Below, one piece after another: positions 27,772 through 36,948 of a DNA stretch of 64,000 nucleotides. A program made the position numbers and the translations under genes. The notes below the pieces were generated by a model, which saw nothing but the letters and a program-made list of their open reading frames with translations, did no database searches and was not told the origin of the DNA. The stretch is from an uncultured virus (IMG/VR IMGVR_UViG_3300025767_000006) (Duplodnaviria > Heunggongvirae > Uroviricota > Caudoviricetes), in the IMG/VR virus record IMGVR_UViG_3300025767_000006. One strand, given 5' to 3'. Numbering within the stretch: the first letter of the stretch is position 1; the number at the start of each line of letters is the position of its first letter.

Positions 27772-29271
27772 ATGGCAGATAATCAAGGCTTCCGATTATT
27801 CGGATTTGAAATTAAAAAAGCAGATAAAGAAGACGCTAAGAAAAAACCGTCTATTGTACCTGCACGTGATGATGATGGTGCTGGTTATGTAACTGCTGCT
27901 GGATCTCATTATGGTCAATATTTAAATATTGATGGCGATGAATCAAAAGACAATTTCCAACTAATCATGAAATATCGTGGAGTTGCGATGCATCCAGAAG
28001 TAGATGCAGCAATTGAAGATATTGTTAACGAAGCTATTGCTGGTGGAGAATTAGATCAATCTGTTGATGTCTCTATGGATAATCTAAAAGTCAGCGATAG
28101 TATTAAAAAACAAATTAAAGCAGAATTCGATAATATTTATGCTATGCTTGATTTTGGTTTGTATGGGCATGATATTTTCCGACGCTGGTATGTTGATGGT
28201 AGATTATTCCATCACCTAGTAGTCGATGAAACAAACCTTAAAGGCGGTATTCAAGAAATTAGAGTAATTGATTCTGCCAGAATGCGAAAAGTAAAACAAA
28301 TTTCTCGTAAAAAAGACTCAGAAACTGGCGCACAGCTAATTGAAAAAGTAGATGAATACTACATTTATCAAGAAAAACCAGGTGCGCAAAATTCTGGTGT
28401 TAAGATGTCTTTAGACTCAGTTTCTTATGTGACATCTGGTTTATTAGATGAGAGTAAGAAAAAGATTTTATCTTATTTGCATAAAGCACTTAAACCAATT
28501 AACCAATTAAGAATGATGGAAGACTCTCTTGTTATCTATCGTTTGGCTCGTGCACCAGAAAGAAGAATCTTTTATATTGATGTTGGTAACTTACCAAAAG
28601 GTAAGTCTGAACAATATATGAAAGACATTATGACAAGATATAGAAATAAGCTTGTCTATGATGCAAAAACTGGCGAATTAAAAGATGATCGTAAGCATCA
28701 ATCATTGCTTGAAGATTTTTGGTTACCAAGGCGCGAAGGCGGCCGAGGCACTGAGATCTCAACTTTACCCGGTGGTGAAAACCTTGGGCAGATTGATGAT
28801 ATTATTTATTTCCAAAAAAGATTATATCGTTCTTTAAATGTTCCAATTAGTCGCTTAGAACAAGAGTCTCAATTCTCTCTTGGTAGATCTACAGAGATTA
28901 GTCGCGATGAATTGAAATTCCAAAAGTTTATTGATAGACTTCGTATGAAGTTTAGTCAATTATTCACTGGTATTCTAAAAACTCAGCTAATACTAAAAGG
29001 TATTATTACTGAAGATGATTGGAATAACATGAAGAATGATATTATTGTTGACTATATTAGAGATAACCATTTCACAGAATTAAAAGATCTTGAAGTTCTA
29101 CGTGAAAAGTTACAAACGCTTGATATGGTTAATAATTATGTAGATCAATATTTCTCTAGAGAATGGATTATGAAAAATGTCCTTAATTTCTCAGATGAAG
29201 ATATTGAAAATATGGCTAAGCAATCCCAAGACGACCAGGCAGCTGGTCAAAACCAAAGTGACGAGGAATAA
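27772..29271 (+). CDS. gp20: Portal protein gp20
   Basis: WYVDGR, RAPERRIFYIDVGNLPK, EDFWLPRREGGRGTEI.TLPGG. Confidence 0.97.
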   Translation: MADNQGFRLFGFEIKKADKEDAKKKPSIVPARDDDGAGYVTAAGSHYGQYLNIDGDESKDNFQLIMKYRGVAMHPEVDAAIEDIVNEAIAGGELDQSVDVSMDNLKVSDSIKKQIKAEFDNIYAMLDFGLYGHDIFRRWYVDGRLFHHLVVDETNLKGGIQEIRVIDSARMRKVKQISRKKDSETGAQLIEKVDEYYIYQEKPGAQNSGVKMSLDSVSYVTSGLLDESKKKILSYLHKALKPINQLRMMEDSLVIYRLARAPERRIFYIDVGNLPKGKSEQYMKDIMTRYRNKLVYDAKTGELKDDRKHQSLLEDFWLPRREGGRGTEISTLPGGENLGQIDDIIYFQKRLYRSLNVPISRLEQESQFSLGRSTEISRDELKFQKFIDRLRMKFSQLFTGILKTQLILKGIITEDDWNNMKNDIIVDYIRDNHFTELKDLEVLREKLQTLDMVNNYVDQYFSREWIMKNVLNFSDEDIENMAKQSQDDQAAGQNQSDEE

Positions 29272-29273
29272 TT

Positions 29274-29549
29274 ATGTCAGACATTGACGGTGAAGTAATA
29301 CCAAATCCAATCGAAGATTTAGTGCAACATGCATTAGATCAAGATTACAATAAAGCTAATTCAGTATTTAATAATATGATGACAGTAAAATTAAATGATA
29401 TTTTAGACCAAAAAAAGATTGAAGTGGCTGGTCAAATTTATAATGACTTAGATGCAGAGGAAAATGAAGATGAGAATGTCGAGACCGACTCCACAGAAGA
29501 ACTCGAAACCGATGATGAAGAATCAGATGAATCAGATTCCGGTGCCTAA
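29274..29549 (+). CDS. Prohead core protein (gp67-like)
   Basis: Acidic small ORF after portal; synteny. Confidence 0.6.
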   Translation: MSDIDGEVIPNPIEDLVQHALDQDYNKANSVFNNMMTVKLNDILDQKKIEVAGQIYNDLDAEENEDENVETDSTEELETDDEESDESDSGA

Positions 29550-29602
29550 GAAGATGAAGAAGACAATTCGTAAAAAAGCCTCTAAGTAGAAAATAAAAAA
29601 CA

Positions 29603-29610
29603 TATAAATA
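29603..29610 (+). promoter_or_regulatory. T4-type late promoter
   Basis: TATAAATA. Confidence 0.7.
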
Positions 29611-29629
29611 TATACGAAGGTAATTTTAA

Positions 29630-29836
29630 ATGAAACAGTTTTCACAATTAAGAGAACAAAAAATGCCGGCCGGTAAACACGTCTTTGATAAAAAAATCAA
29701 AGGTGTGCAGGTCATGATTCATTTAGATAAAGGTAAGTTTATTACCTATGTCGATGGAGAAGCATTAGATTCTTATAAGTCTCAGAAAGAGGCTGAGAAA
29801 GCTGGTTTAGAATTCGTTAAACAATATAAGGGCTGA
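29630..29836 (+). CDS. Small head-assembly region protein
   Basis: MKQFSQLRE start typical of T4-like head-targeted proteins; position between gp67-like and gp21. Confidence 0.55.
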   Translation: MKQFSQLREQKMPAGKHVFDKKIKGVQVMIHLDKGKFITYVDGEALDSYKSQKEAEKAGLEFVKQYKG

Positions 29837-29840
29837 GCTT

Positions 29841-30497
29841 ATGAAGCTTATTGCAGAATATACTGATCAAAGTTTAGAAGTACTTACCGAGGCAAAGGCC
29901 GGTGGTGGTAAAAAGTACTTCATCGAAGGTATCTTTGCTCAGGCCGATCAAAAGAATAGAAATGGTCGAATTTATCCCAAAGCTATAATGGAAAAAGCTA
30001 TTGGTAGATATAACGACGTACAAGTTTCAAAAGGTAGAGCTGTTGGTGAATTGAATCACCCTGAGGGTCCAACAGTTAACCTTGATAAAGTTTCACACAA
30101 AATCGAATCTTTGACTTGGTCAGGAAACGATGTTGTGGGAAAGGCCTCAGTACTAGACACTCCTATGGGTATGATCGTTCAAGGTCTACTCGATGGTGGC
30201 GTCGGACTGGGTGTTTCGACTCGTGGTATGGGAAGTTTGATGCAACAAAACGGCGCTATGGTAGTGAAAGAAGATTTCCTACTTAACGCAATTGATATAG
30301 TACAAGATCCATCTGCACCGTCTGCTTTCGTTAATGGGATTATGGAAGGCGTAGAATGGGTTTGGAATAACGGTATTATTCAAGCACAAACAATTGAAAA
30401 AATGGAGACTGAAATTAAAAAGGCTCCACGATCTGATCTTTATGAGACTCAGGTTCGTGAGTTTAAAAATTTCCTCTCGTTACTCAAAATTAGATAA
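29841..30497 (+). CDS. gp21: Prohead protease gp21
   Basis: NRNGRIY, GELNHP, GVSTRGMGS, DPSAP.A. Confidence 0.95.
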   Translation: MKLIAEYTDQSLEVLTEAKAGGGKKYFIEGIFAQADQKNRNGRIYPKAIMEKAIGRYNDVQVSKGRAVGELNHPEGPTVNLDKVSHKIESLTWSGNDVVGKASVLDTPMGMIVQGLLDGGVGLGVSTRGMGSLMQQNGAMVVKEDFLLNAIDIVQDPSAPSAFVNGIMEGVEWVWNNGIIQAQTIEKMETEIKKAPRSDLYETQVREFKNFLSLLKIR

Positions 30498-30510
30498 ATA
30501 GGAGTCAATT

Positions 30511-31572
30511 ATGACTGATAAGTATGAAATTGATCAGGACGTAGAACTCCACGACGAAGTTGAGGACGAAGTTGTGGAAGAAGCTCATGATCCGAAGAAC
30601 GCCGAAGCACAATCTGTTGCGGATGCGGATAAAGCTGCTGATGCTACATCAGTTGCTGGCCGTAATGGTAAGGGTGCTGCAAAAGATGCTAAAAATGCAG
30701 AACCAATGCCTAAGACTAAAGCTGGTTTAATTGCAGCTACAGTTGGCAAAATGCAGACAATGAACAGAGAACAGCTTGCGGCAATGTATAACTATAAGGC
30801 CGAAGGTGTAGAAGCAGTAGAAGGCGAGCAGATTGCAGAATCTGATTTCGCGTATAAAGCTGATTTTTCACAAGACCTTAATGCTTTAGTTCAATCAGAA
30901 GCTACACTTTCTGAAGAATTCAAATCTAAAGCTGAAGTTATTTTCGAAGCAGCCATTAAATCTAAATTAGCAGAAGAGATTGATCGTCTTGAAGCTAAAT
31001 ACGAAGAAGAAATTGCTGAAGAAGTAACTAATACAAAACAAGATCTTGTAGAGAAGGTAGATTCATACCTGAACTATGTTGTCGAACAATGGATGGAAGA
31101 CAATAAGGTTGCTATCGAATCTGGTCTGAGAACTGAAATTGCTGAGAAGTTTATGACTTCTTTGAAAGATCTGTTCACAGAATCTTATATCGAAGTACCT
31201 GAGTCTAAAGTCGACCTGGTTGACGAATTAGCAGCTGAAGTTAGTGAGCTCGAAGAGCAACTTAACGCTCAGACTGGTAAAGCCATCGTGATGGCAGAGG
31301 AACTGGAAGTTCTTAAGCGGGAGCAAATCATTCGTGAAGCTTCTCGTGATCTTGCAGAAACTCAAGTCGAAAAACTTAAGTCTCTTGTAGCTGATGTTGA
31401 TTTTGATACTGCAGATGTATTTGCAGCCAAAGTAGCAACAGTAAAAGAATCTTATTTCAATAAATCAACGACAGTTGCAGAAGAAGTAATTGACGAAGAA
31501 GGTGCTTATGAAGTCGAATCTTCTGATGTTATGAATTCATATCTGTCAGCTATTAAAAAGACATCTAAATAA
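30511..31572 (+). CDS. gp22: Prohead scaffold/core protein gp22
   Basis: LSEEFK.KA..IFEAA, VDSYL.YVVE.W. Confidence 0.92.
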   Translation: MTDKYEIDQDVELHDEVEDEVVEEAHDPKNAEAQSVADADKAADATSVAGRNGKGAAKDAKNAEPMPKTKAGLIAATVGKMQTMNREQLAAMYNYKAEGVEAVEGEQIAESDFAYKADFSQDLNALVQSEATLSEEFKSKAEVIFEAAIKSKLAEEIDRLEAKYEEEIAEEVTNTKQDLVEKVDSYLNYVVEQWMEDNKVAIESGLRTEIAEKFMTSLKDLFTESYIEVPESKVDLVDELAAEVSELEEQLNAQTGKAIVMAEELEVLKREQIIREASRDLAETQVEKLKSLVADVDFDTADVFAAKVATVKESYFNKSTTVAEEVIDEEGAYEVESSDVMNSYLSAIKKTSK

Positions 31573-31586
31573 GGAGTGTCACTAAA

Positions 31587-32945
31587 ATGAATAACACTAT
31601 TTCTTACGATCGTCTTGTAGAAAAGTGGTCTCCAGTTCTTAACGAAGAGACAGCCGGTTCTATTAAAGACAGCCATCGCCGTGCAGTTACTGCAGCGGTT
31701 CTCGAAAACCAAGAGCGTGCACTTCGCGAAGAAGGTATGCTTCATGAAGATAACACAAATGCATCTGTAACTGGTGCAGCTCATGGCACAACTGGTGCAA
31801 ACTGGAACCCAGTTCTGATTGCACTTGTAAGACGTGCAATGCCTAACCTTATGGCATACGACGTTTGTGGTGTACAGCCAATGACTGGTCCAACTGGTTT
31901 GATCTTCGCAATGAAGTCAACTTACCAGAAGTCAAAAGCCGGCGTATCAGCAGGCAGCGAAGCTCTCTTTAACGAAGCAGCTGTTGGTTACTCAGGTGAC
32001 TCAGCAACAACTGGTAACGGTTCACGCGGACCATCAGGTTTGGCTGGTGCAACTGATACAGATACTGATTCATCTATTGTTGATTCAGGTTCAACCTACG
32101 TTCCTTATAAAGGCGATGCGTATGAGACTTCAGAAGCAGAAGCTCTTGGCGTATCAGGTGGCGAAGATTTTGCTCAAATGGGCTTCACCATCGAAAAAGC
32201 TACAGTGACTGCGAAAAGCCGGGCATTGAAAGCTGAGTACACCTTGGAACTCGCTCAGGATCTTAAAGCTATTCATGGCTTGGATGCTGAAACAGAATTG
32301 GCTAACATTCTCTCAACTGAGATCTTGGCTGAAATCAACCGCGAAGTTATTCGCACTATCAATGCTCAAGCTAAGATTGGTTCACGCCAGGCTGGTATCC
32401 AGACTGCTGGTATCTTCGATCTTGCAACTGATGCTGATGGACGTTGGTCTGTTGAGAAGTTCAAAGGTCTGATCCTTCAGATCGAGCGTGAGTCTAACGT
32501 AATTGCTAAAGAAACTCGTCGTGGTAAAGGTAACTTCATCATCTGTTCTTCAGATGTTGCTTCTGCTCTTGCTGCTTCTGGTATGCTTGACTATAATCCA
32601 GCAATGGCAACTAACTTGAACGTTGACGATACTGGTAACACATTCGCTGGTGTTCTTAATGGTCGCACACGGGTTTACATTGATCCATATGCAACTGCTG
32701 ATTACATCAACGTTGGTTATAAGGGTACTAACCCATATGACGCAGGTCTCTTCTATTGCCCATACGTTCCATTAACAATGGTACGTGCGGTTGGTGAAGA
32801 TACTTTCCAGCCTAAGATTGGCTTTAAGACTCGCTACGGTATGGCTTCAAACCCATTCGTTGGTTCGTCTCCTGCTTCTGGTTTGGCTGCCGATCGTTCA
32901 AACCAGTACTACAGAATCTTCCGCGTAGACAATATCCTCGCATAA
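31587..32945 (+). CDS. gp23: Major capsid protein gp23
   Basis: GVQPMTGPTGLIFAM, SRALKAEYT.ELAQDLKAIHGLDAE, FYCPYVPL, FKTRYG. Confidence 0.98.
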   Translation: MNNTISYDRLVEKWSPVLNEETAGSIKDSHRRAVTAAVLENQERALREEGMLHEDNTNASVTGAAHGTTGANWNPVLIALVRRAMPNLMAYDVCGVQPMTGPTGLIFAMKSTYQKSKAGVSAGSEALFNEAAVGYSGDSATTGNGSRGPSGLAGATDTDTDSSIVDSGSTYVPYKGDAYETSEAEALGVSGGEDFAQMGFTIEKATVTAKSRALKAEYTLELAQDLKAIHGLDAETELANILSTEILAEINREVIRTINAQAKIGSRQAGIQTAGIFDLATDADGRWSVEKFKGLILQIERESNVIAKETRRGKGNFIICSSDVASALAASGMLDYNPAMATNLNVDDTGNTFAGVLNGRTRVYIDPYATADYINVGYKGTNPYDAGLFYCPYVPLTMVRAVGEDTFQPKIGFKTRYGMASNPFVGSSPASGLAADRSNQYYRIFRVDNILA

Positions 32946-32980
32946 GACACTGTAATAATAATAATATTAATGCTTACTTA

Positions 32981-33007
32981 GAGAGCCCTTCGGGGCTCTC
33001 TTTTTTT
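32981..33007 (+). terminator. Rho-independent terminator after gp23
   Basis: gagagccc-ttcg-gggctctc plus T7; UUCG tetraloop. Confidence 0.9.
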
Positions 33008-33031
33008 GCTTAAATAATGGTTTATAATTGA

Positions 33032-33039
33032 TATAAATA
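33032..33039 (+). promoter_or_regulatory. T4-type late promoter
   Basis: TATAAATA upstream of gp3-like gene. Confidence 0.75.
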
Positions 33040-33061
33040 GTATTGTATTGGAGATACTAGA

Positions 33062-33559
33062 ATGGCATTAACTACAAATTTAAATTACTTACAACCTACC
33101 AGTTATAAACTAGTAATTGATCGCGAGAACTATCCAAACTTAGAATATTTTGCGCAAACAGTTACTCATCCTGGTATGATTTTAAATCCATCCGAAGTAC
33201 CTTTTAGAAAAATTCAAGGGGTACCAATCGTTGGTGGTTCACTAACATTTAATGAGCTATCTGCTAATATTATTTTAGATGAAGATATGACAGCATATAA
33301 TGAAATGTATGCTTGGATTCGTAGAGTAGTTGATAATCTACCAGTATCAGCACTAGATAGAAATGCTAGTAGCGCTCCAACTTATTCAGATATTACTTTA
33401 TCTATTTTATCAAGCCAAAACAATACAACTAAACAAGTAAAATATTTAGAATGTTGCCCAACAGCATTAGGTGATATTCAATTTGAATCTACCGCAAGTG
33501 GTACAGAATTTATAACATTTACAGTTTCGTTCAGATTTACGTATTTTGAATTTATATAG
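33062..33559 (+). CDS. gp3: Tail tube terminator/completion protein (gp3-like)
   Basis: NYLQPT, LDEDM..Y.E...W, PT.LG.I.F; synteny. Confidence 0.8.
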   Translation: MALTTNLNYLQPTSYKLVIDRENYPNLEYFAQTVTHPGMILNPSEVPFRKIQGVPIVGGSLTFNELSANIILDEDMTAYNEMYAWIRRVVDNLPVSALDRNASSAPTYSDITLSILSSQNNTTKQVKYLECCPTALGDIQFESTASGTEFITFTVSFRFTYFEFI

Positions 33560-33585
33560 ATAATCCTATACAATGGAGTTATATT

Positions 33586-34032
33586 ATGAAAGAGCTTGAG
33601 ACTATTCTCGACATGTGGGCAGAAGACTCACGAATTAATAACGCTAAGCTTGATGAATCTTCCCGTGATACCCCTCAACTGCATGCAAAATATCTACAAC
33701 TTTTAGCACAAGCTAAAATTAAGTTGAAGAAAAGTGAAATGCGACAAAAGACACTATTAAAATATAAGTGGCTTTGGTATAATGGTAAGATGTCTCAGGA
33801 AGAGATGGAAGAACATGGGTGGGACCCAGATCCATTTAATGGATTAAAAATTATGAAAGGGGATATGGATCACTATTACGATTCAGATCCAGAAATTCAA
33901 AAAAGTGAAGAGCTAATTCAGTATTGGAAAACTATAACCGAAACACTTCAAGAAATAGTAGGAAATCTTAATTGGCGCCACCAAACGATAAGCAACATTA
34001 TACGATGGAAACAATTCGAATCTGGAAACTAG
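33586..34032 (+). CDS. uvsY: Recombination mediator UvsY
   Basis: LHAKYL, WYNGK, I.N.I.W..F..G. Confidence 0.88.
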   Translation: MKELETILDMWAEDSRINNAKLDESSRDTPQLHAKYLQLLAQAKIKLKKSEMRQKTLLKYKWLWYNGKMSQEEMEEHGWDPDPFNGLKIMKGDMDHYYDSDPEIQKSEELIQYWKTITETLQEIVGNLNWRHQTISNIIRWKQFESGN

Positions 34033-35510
34033 ATCATGCTAATCTTTATATTGAGTGCAATTTCGGACAAGCCGCAGAGCTAAAAGAGTTTTTTTCTTTC
34101 TTTGTTCCTGGTTATCAATATATGCCTGCCTTTAAACGGCGTATATGGGATGGAAAAATCCGACTGTTTGACACTAATAGTAATGAATTGCCTGCTGGTT
34201 TAATATACCATTTACTTAAATTCGGTGAAACGCGGGGCTATAATATAGTACCAGTTGTTTCAGAAAAATATGGTCCAGTTTATTCTGAAGAAAGACCTAA
34301 TGCTAAAGAGTTATTATCTTTTATTGATCGGTTAAATTTACCATTTAAAATTCGCGAATATCAGTATTTAGCTGTAATGGAAGGTCTTCGAAGAAAAAGA
34401 GCAATATTGTTATCTCCAACTGGTTCAGGTAAATCTTTAATAATTTATTCTTTAGCTAGTTATTTTTTAATGAAATATGCTGAGAAAAAACAAAAGGTGC
34501 TTGTAATTGTTCCTACAACATCTTTAGTAGAACAAATGGATAATGATTTTGTGTCTTACGGCATGCCAAAGGGATTAAGCCACAAAATTTATTCTGGTAA
34601 AGATAAAGATACTAGTTGCCCTATTATTATTTCTACATGGCAATCAATTTATAAATTACCAAAAGCATGGTTTCAACAATTTGGTATGATTGTTGGAGAT
34701 GAGTGCCATGGATTTAAGTCTAAATCATTAATGCAAATTATGAATAAGTGCACAGAAGCTGCATATAGATTTGGTACTACAGGAACACTCGATGGAACAC
34801 AAACACATGAACTTGTACTTCAAGGCTTATTTGGTAAGATATATAAAGTTACAACTACGAAAGCACTTCAGGATAATGACACTCTAGCACAACTCAATAT
34901 TAAAAGGATTGTATTGGATTATGACCAAGAATCTAGAGAAGACTTTGGAAAAAGAACATATCAAGAAGAAATCGAATGGATTGTGTCTAACGAGAAACGC
35001 AATAACTTTATTAGAAATTTGGCGGTGGATCAAAAAGGTAATACGTTAGTCTTATTTAACTATGTTGAGAAGCACGGGAAGCCACTTTTCGATATGATAA
35101 ATAGTAAGGTAGACGAAAAAAGAAAAGTGTTTTTTGTATCTGGCCAAGTTGATACTTCTGATCGAGAAGCTATAAGAGGAATTGTGGAGAAACAAAAGAA
35201 TTCAATTATTGTTGCTAGTCTTGGTACTTTCAGTACTGGGATTAATATTCGCAATTTGCATAACATTATATTTGCGTCACCGTCTAAATCTCAGATAAGA
35301 GTTCTTCAATCAATTGGTAGAGGATTAAGAAAATCTGATAATGGTGAACCAACCACGTTATATGATATTATTGATGATTTGAAGAATACCCAACATGTTA
35401 ACTTTGCATATTTACATTCCGATGAGCGGTACAAAATTTACAATCGTGAAAACTTTAATAACAAAACATATAAGGTAAAAATTAATGGATCTTCAAATCA
35501 AACAGTTTAA
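34005..35510 (+). CDS. uvsW: SF2 helicase UvsW
   Basis: SPTGSGKS, GDECH, GTTGTL, STGINI, QSIGRGLR. Confidence 0.95.
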   Translation: METIRIWKLDHANLYIECNFGQAAELKEFFSFFVPGYQYMPAFKRRIWDGKIRLFDTNSNELPAGLIYHLLKFGETRGYNIVPVVSEKYGPVYSEERPNAKELLSFIDRLNLPFKIREYQYLAVMEGLRRKRAILLSPTGSGKSLIIYSLASYFLMKYAEKKQKVLVIVPTTSLVEQMDNDFVSYGMPKGLSHKIYSGKDKDTSCPIIISTWQSIYKLPKAWFQQFGMIVGDECHGFKSKSLMQIMNKCTEAAYRFGTTGTLDGTQTHELVLQGLFGKIYKVTTTKALQDNDTLAQLNIKRIVLDYDQESREDFGKRTYQEEIEWIVSNEKRNNFIRNLAVDQKGNTLVLFNYVEKHGKPLFDMINSKVDEKRKVFFVSGQVDTSDREAIRGIVEKQKNSIIVASLGTFSTGINIRNLHNIIFASPSKSQIRVLQSIGRGLRKSDNGEPTTLYDIIDDLKNTQHVNFAYLHSDERYKIYNRENFNNKTYKVKINGSSNQTV

Positions 35511-35979
35511 ACTGACTAATGATGATGAGATTATTTGTGAAGTAATAGAATGGGATAATGAAGAAAATTCAGCAATTCTAGTAAGAGCTGCACTAAAACT
35601 AATTCAGGGAATTGACCCAGAAACTAAAACTAGATTTTTTGCCTTTAGACCATGGATGGGTTTTCAAGATGATCCAGAAATGATGCAGACGCTAAATTCT
35701 GGACATGTTATTTCTGAAGCAACACCATCTGATTCTTTAATGAAACACTATTCCAATGTAATATTAGAGATGATAAATAGTAGTACTACTGTCAAGAGAG
35801 ATTTACCATTAGATGATGTCTATGGTATGGATGACGAAGAATTGGAAGAGTACTTGGAAAATTTGGCTGCTACAATGGATGAAGAAATTTCTGAAATTGC
35901 AGAAATGGATGAAAACTCCGAATCTACTGAAATTAATTCAGACAGTAAAGTAATTAAATTTCCAAAGACATTCCATTAA
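35485..35979 (+). CDS. Hypothetical protein (Sm-like N-terminus, acidic tail)
   Basis: FKLTN.DEIICEV; usual position between uvsW and gp55. Confidence 0.65.
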   Translation: MDLQIKQFKLTNDDEIICEVIEWDNEENSAILVRAALKLIQGIDPETKTRFFAFRPWMGFQDDPEMMQTLNSGHVISEATPSDSLMKHYSNVILEMINSSTTVKRDLPLDDVYGMDDEELEEYLENLAATMDEEISEIAEMDENSESTEINSDSKVIKFPKTFH

Positions 35980-36011
35980 AGGTATATCCCCTTCTCTCCG
36001 GATTACTCTTT

Positions 36012-36040
36012 ATTATACCATGGATATGCACATCTGTACA
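36012..36040 (-). promoter_or_regulatory. Leftward (antisense) sigma70-type promoter
   Basis: Minus strand TGTACA-17 nt-TATAAT. Confidence 0.6.
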
Positions 36041-36075
36041 CAACTATTTTTTTTACTCAAGCGCAAATTTAATAG

Positions 36076-36104
36076 TGTACTTTTGCTACATGATGGTATA
36101 TAAT
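36076..36104 (+). promoter_or_regulatory. Sigma70-type promoter for gp55
   Basis: TGTACT-17 nt-TATAAT. Confidence 0.6.
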
Positions 36105-36139
36105 AAACTATAAAATGAATTATATGTATAGGAACTGAT

Positions 36140-36736
36140 ATGGCTAGAACTAAAAGAGAAAGTATTCATTATGTAAATAATGCTCAGTTTTCTCAATCGG
36201 TTGTTGACTACGTTCGTACAGTTAATGAAGCTAGAACAACTAAAACTGAAATCCCAAAAGTCCCAGATTATATTGCGCAATGTTTCTTACGTATTGCCGA
36301 AGGATTATCGCATAAAGCCAATTTTATTCGCTATACTTATCGTGAAGAAATGGTTATGGACGCAGTTGAAAATTGCTTAAAGGCTATTCATAATTACGAT
36401 ATTGAAGCAGCAACTAGAACTGGTAAACCAAATGCTTTTGCGTACTTTACACAAATCACTTGGTATGCGTTTTTACGTAGAATTGCAAAAGAGAAAAAAC
36501 AACAAGAAATTAAGATGAAGTATCTTACTAGTTCTGGTATTGAAAACTTTATTACGTCAGATGATAATGATGCAATGAGTCAATATACCATTGGTAGTTT
36601 TGTCGATTCTTTGAAAGATAGAATTGAACGTGTACGTCATGTTGATGGTGAAGTTAAAGAGCTTGTAAAAAAAGAGAAGGTACGTAAAAAGCGTACTAAA
36701 AGTGTAGACTCAGATTTAACGGAGTTTTTAGAATGA
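36140..36736 (+). CDS. gp55: Late-transcription sigma factor gp55
   Basis: HYVNN, YTYREEMV.DA.ENC, NAFAYFTQI..YAFLRRI.KEKKQ. Confidence 0.95.
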   Translation: MARTKRESIHYVNNAQFSQSVVDYVRTVNEARTTKTEIPKVPDYIAQCFLRIAEGLSHKANFIRYTYREEMVMDAVENCLKAIHNYDIEAATRTGKPNAFAYFTQITWYAFLRRIAKEKKQQEIKMKYLTSSGIENFITSDDNDAMSQYTIGSFVDSLKDRIERVRHVDGEVKELVKKEKVRKKRTKSVDSDLTEFLE

Positions 36737-36948
36737 GTGAACTAGTAAAGCGTTATACTACAACAGTTATTGAAGATGGTGAAGATCTTATCCTCCCTAT
36801 TCCCGATGAAATCCTAGAACAAATTGATGCTAAAGAAGGCGATATGTTATCATTTGATATTTTTGATGGTTATGTTGTCTTAAGAAAAATTGATAATGTT
36901 GCGGAAGTAAAGGAGAAATTGTCTAATGAAAGTGGCGATACTGAATGA
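36733..36948 (+). CDS. AbrB/MazE/SpoVT-like DNA-binding protein
   Basis: EDGEDLILPIPDEILEQ....EGD.L.F swapped-hairpin pattern. Confidence 0.7.
   Translation: MSELVKRYTTTVIEDGEDLILPIPDEILEQIDAKEGDMLSFDIFDGYVVLRKIDNVAEVKEKLSNESGDTE

Noticed and set aside
29547..29549. Stop-codon reassignment
   Set aside because: TAA, TAG and TGA all terminate conserved genes at expected positions
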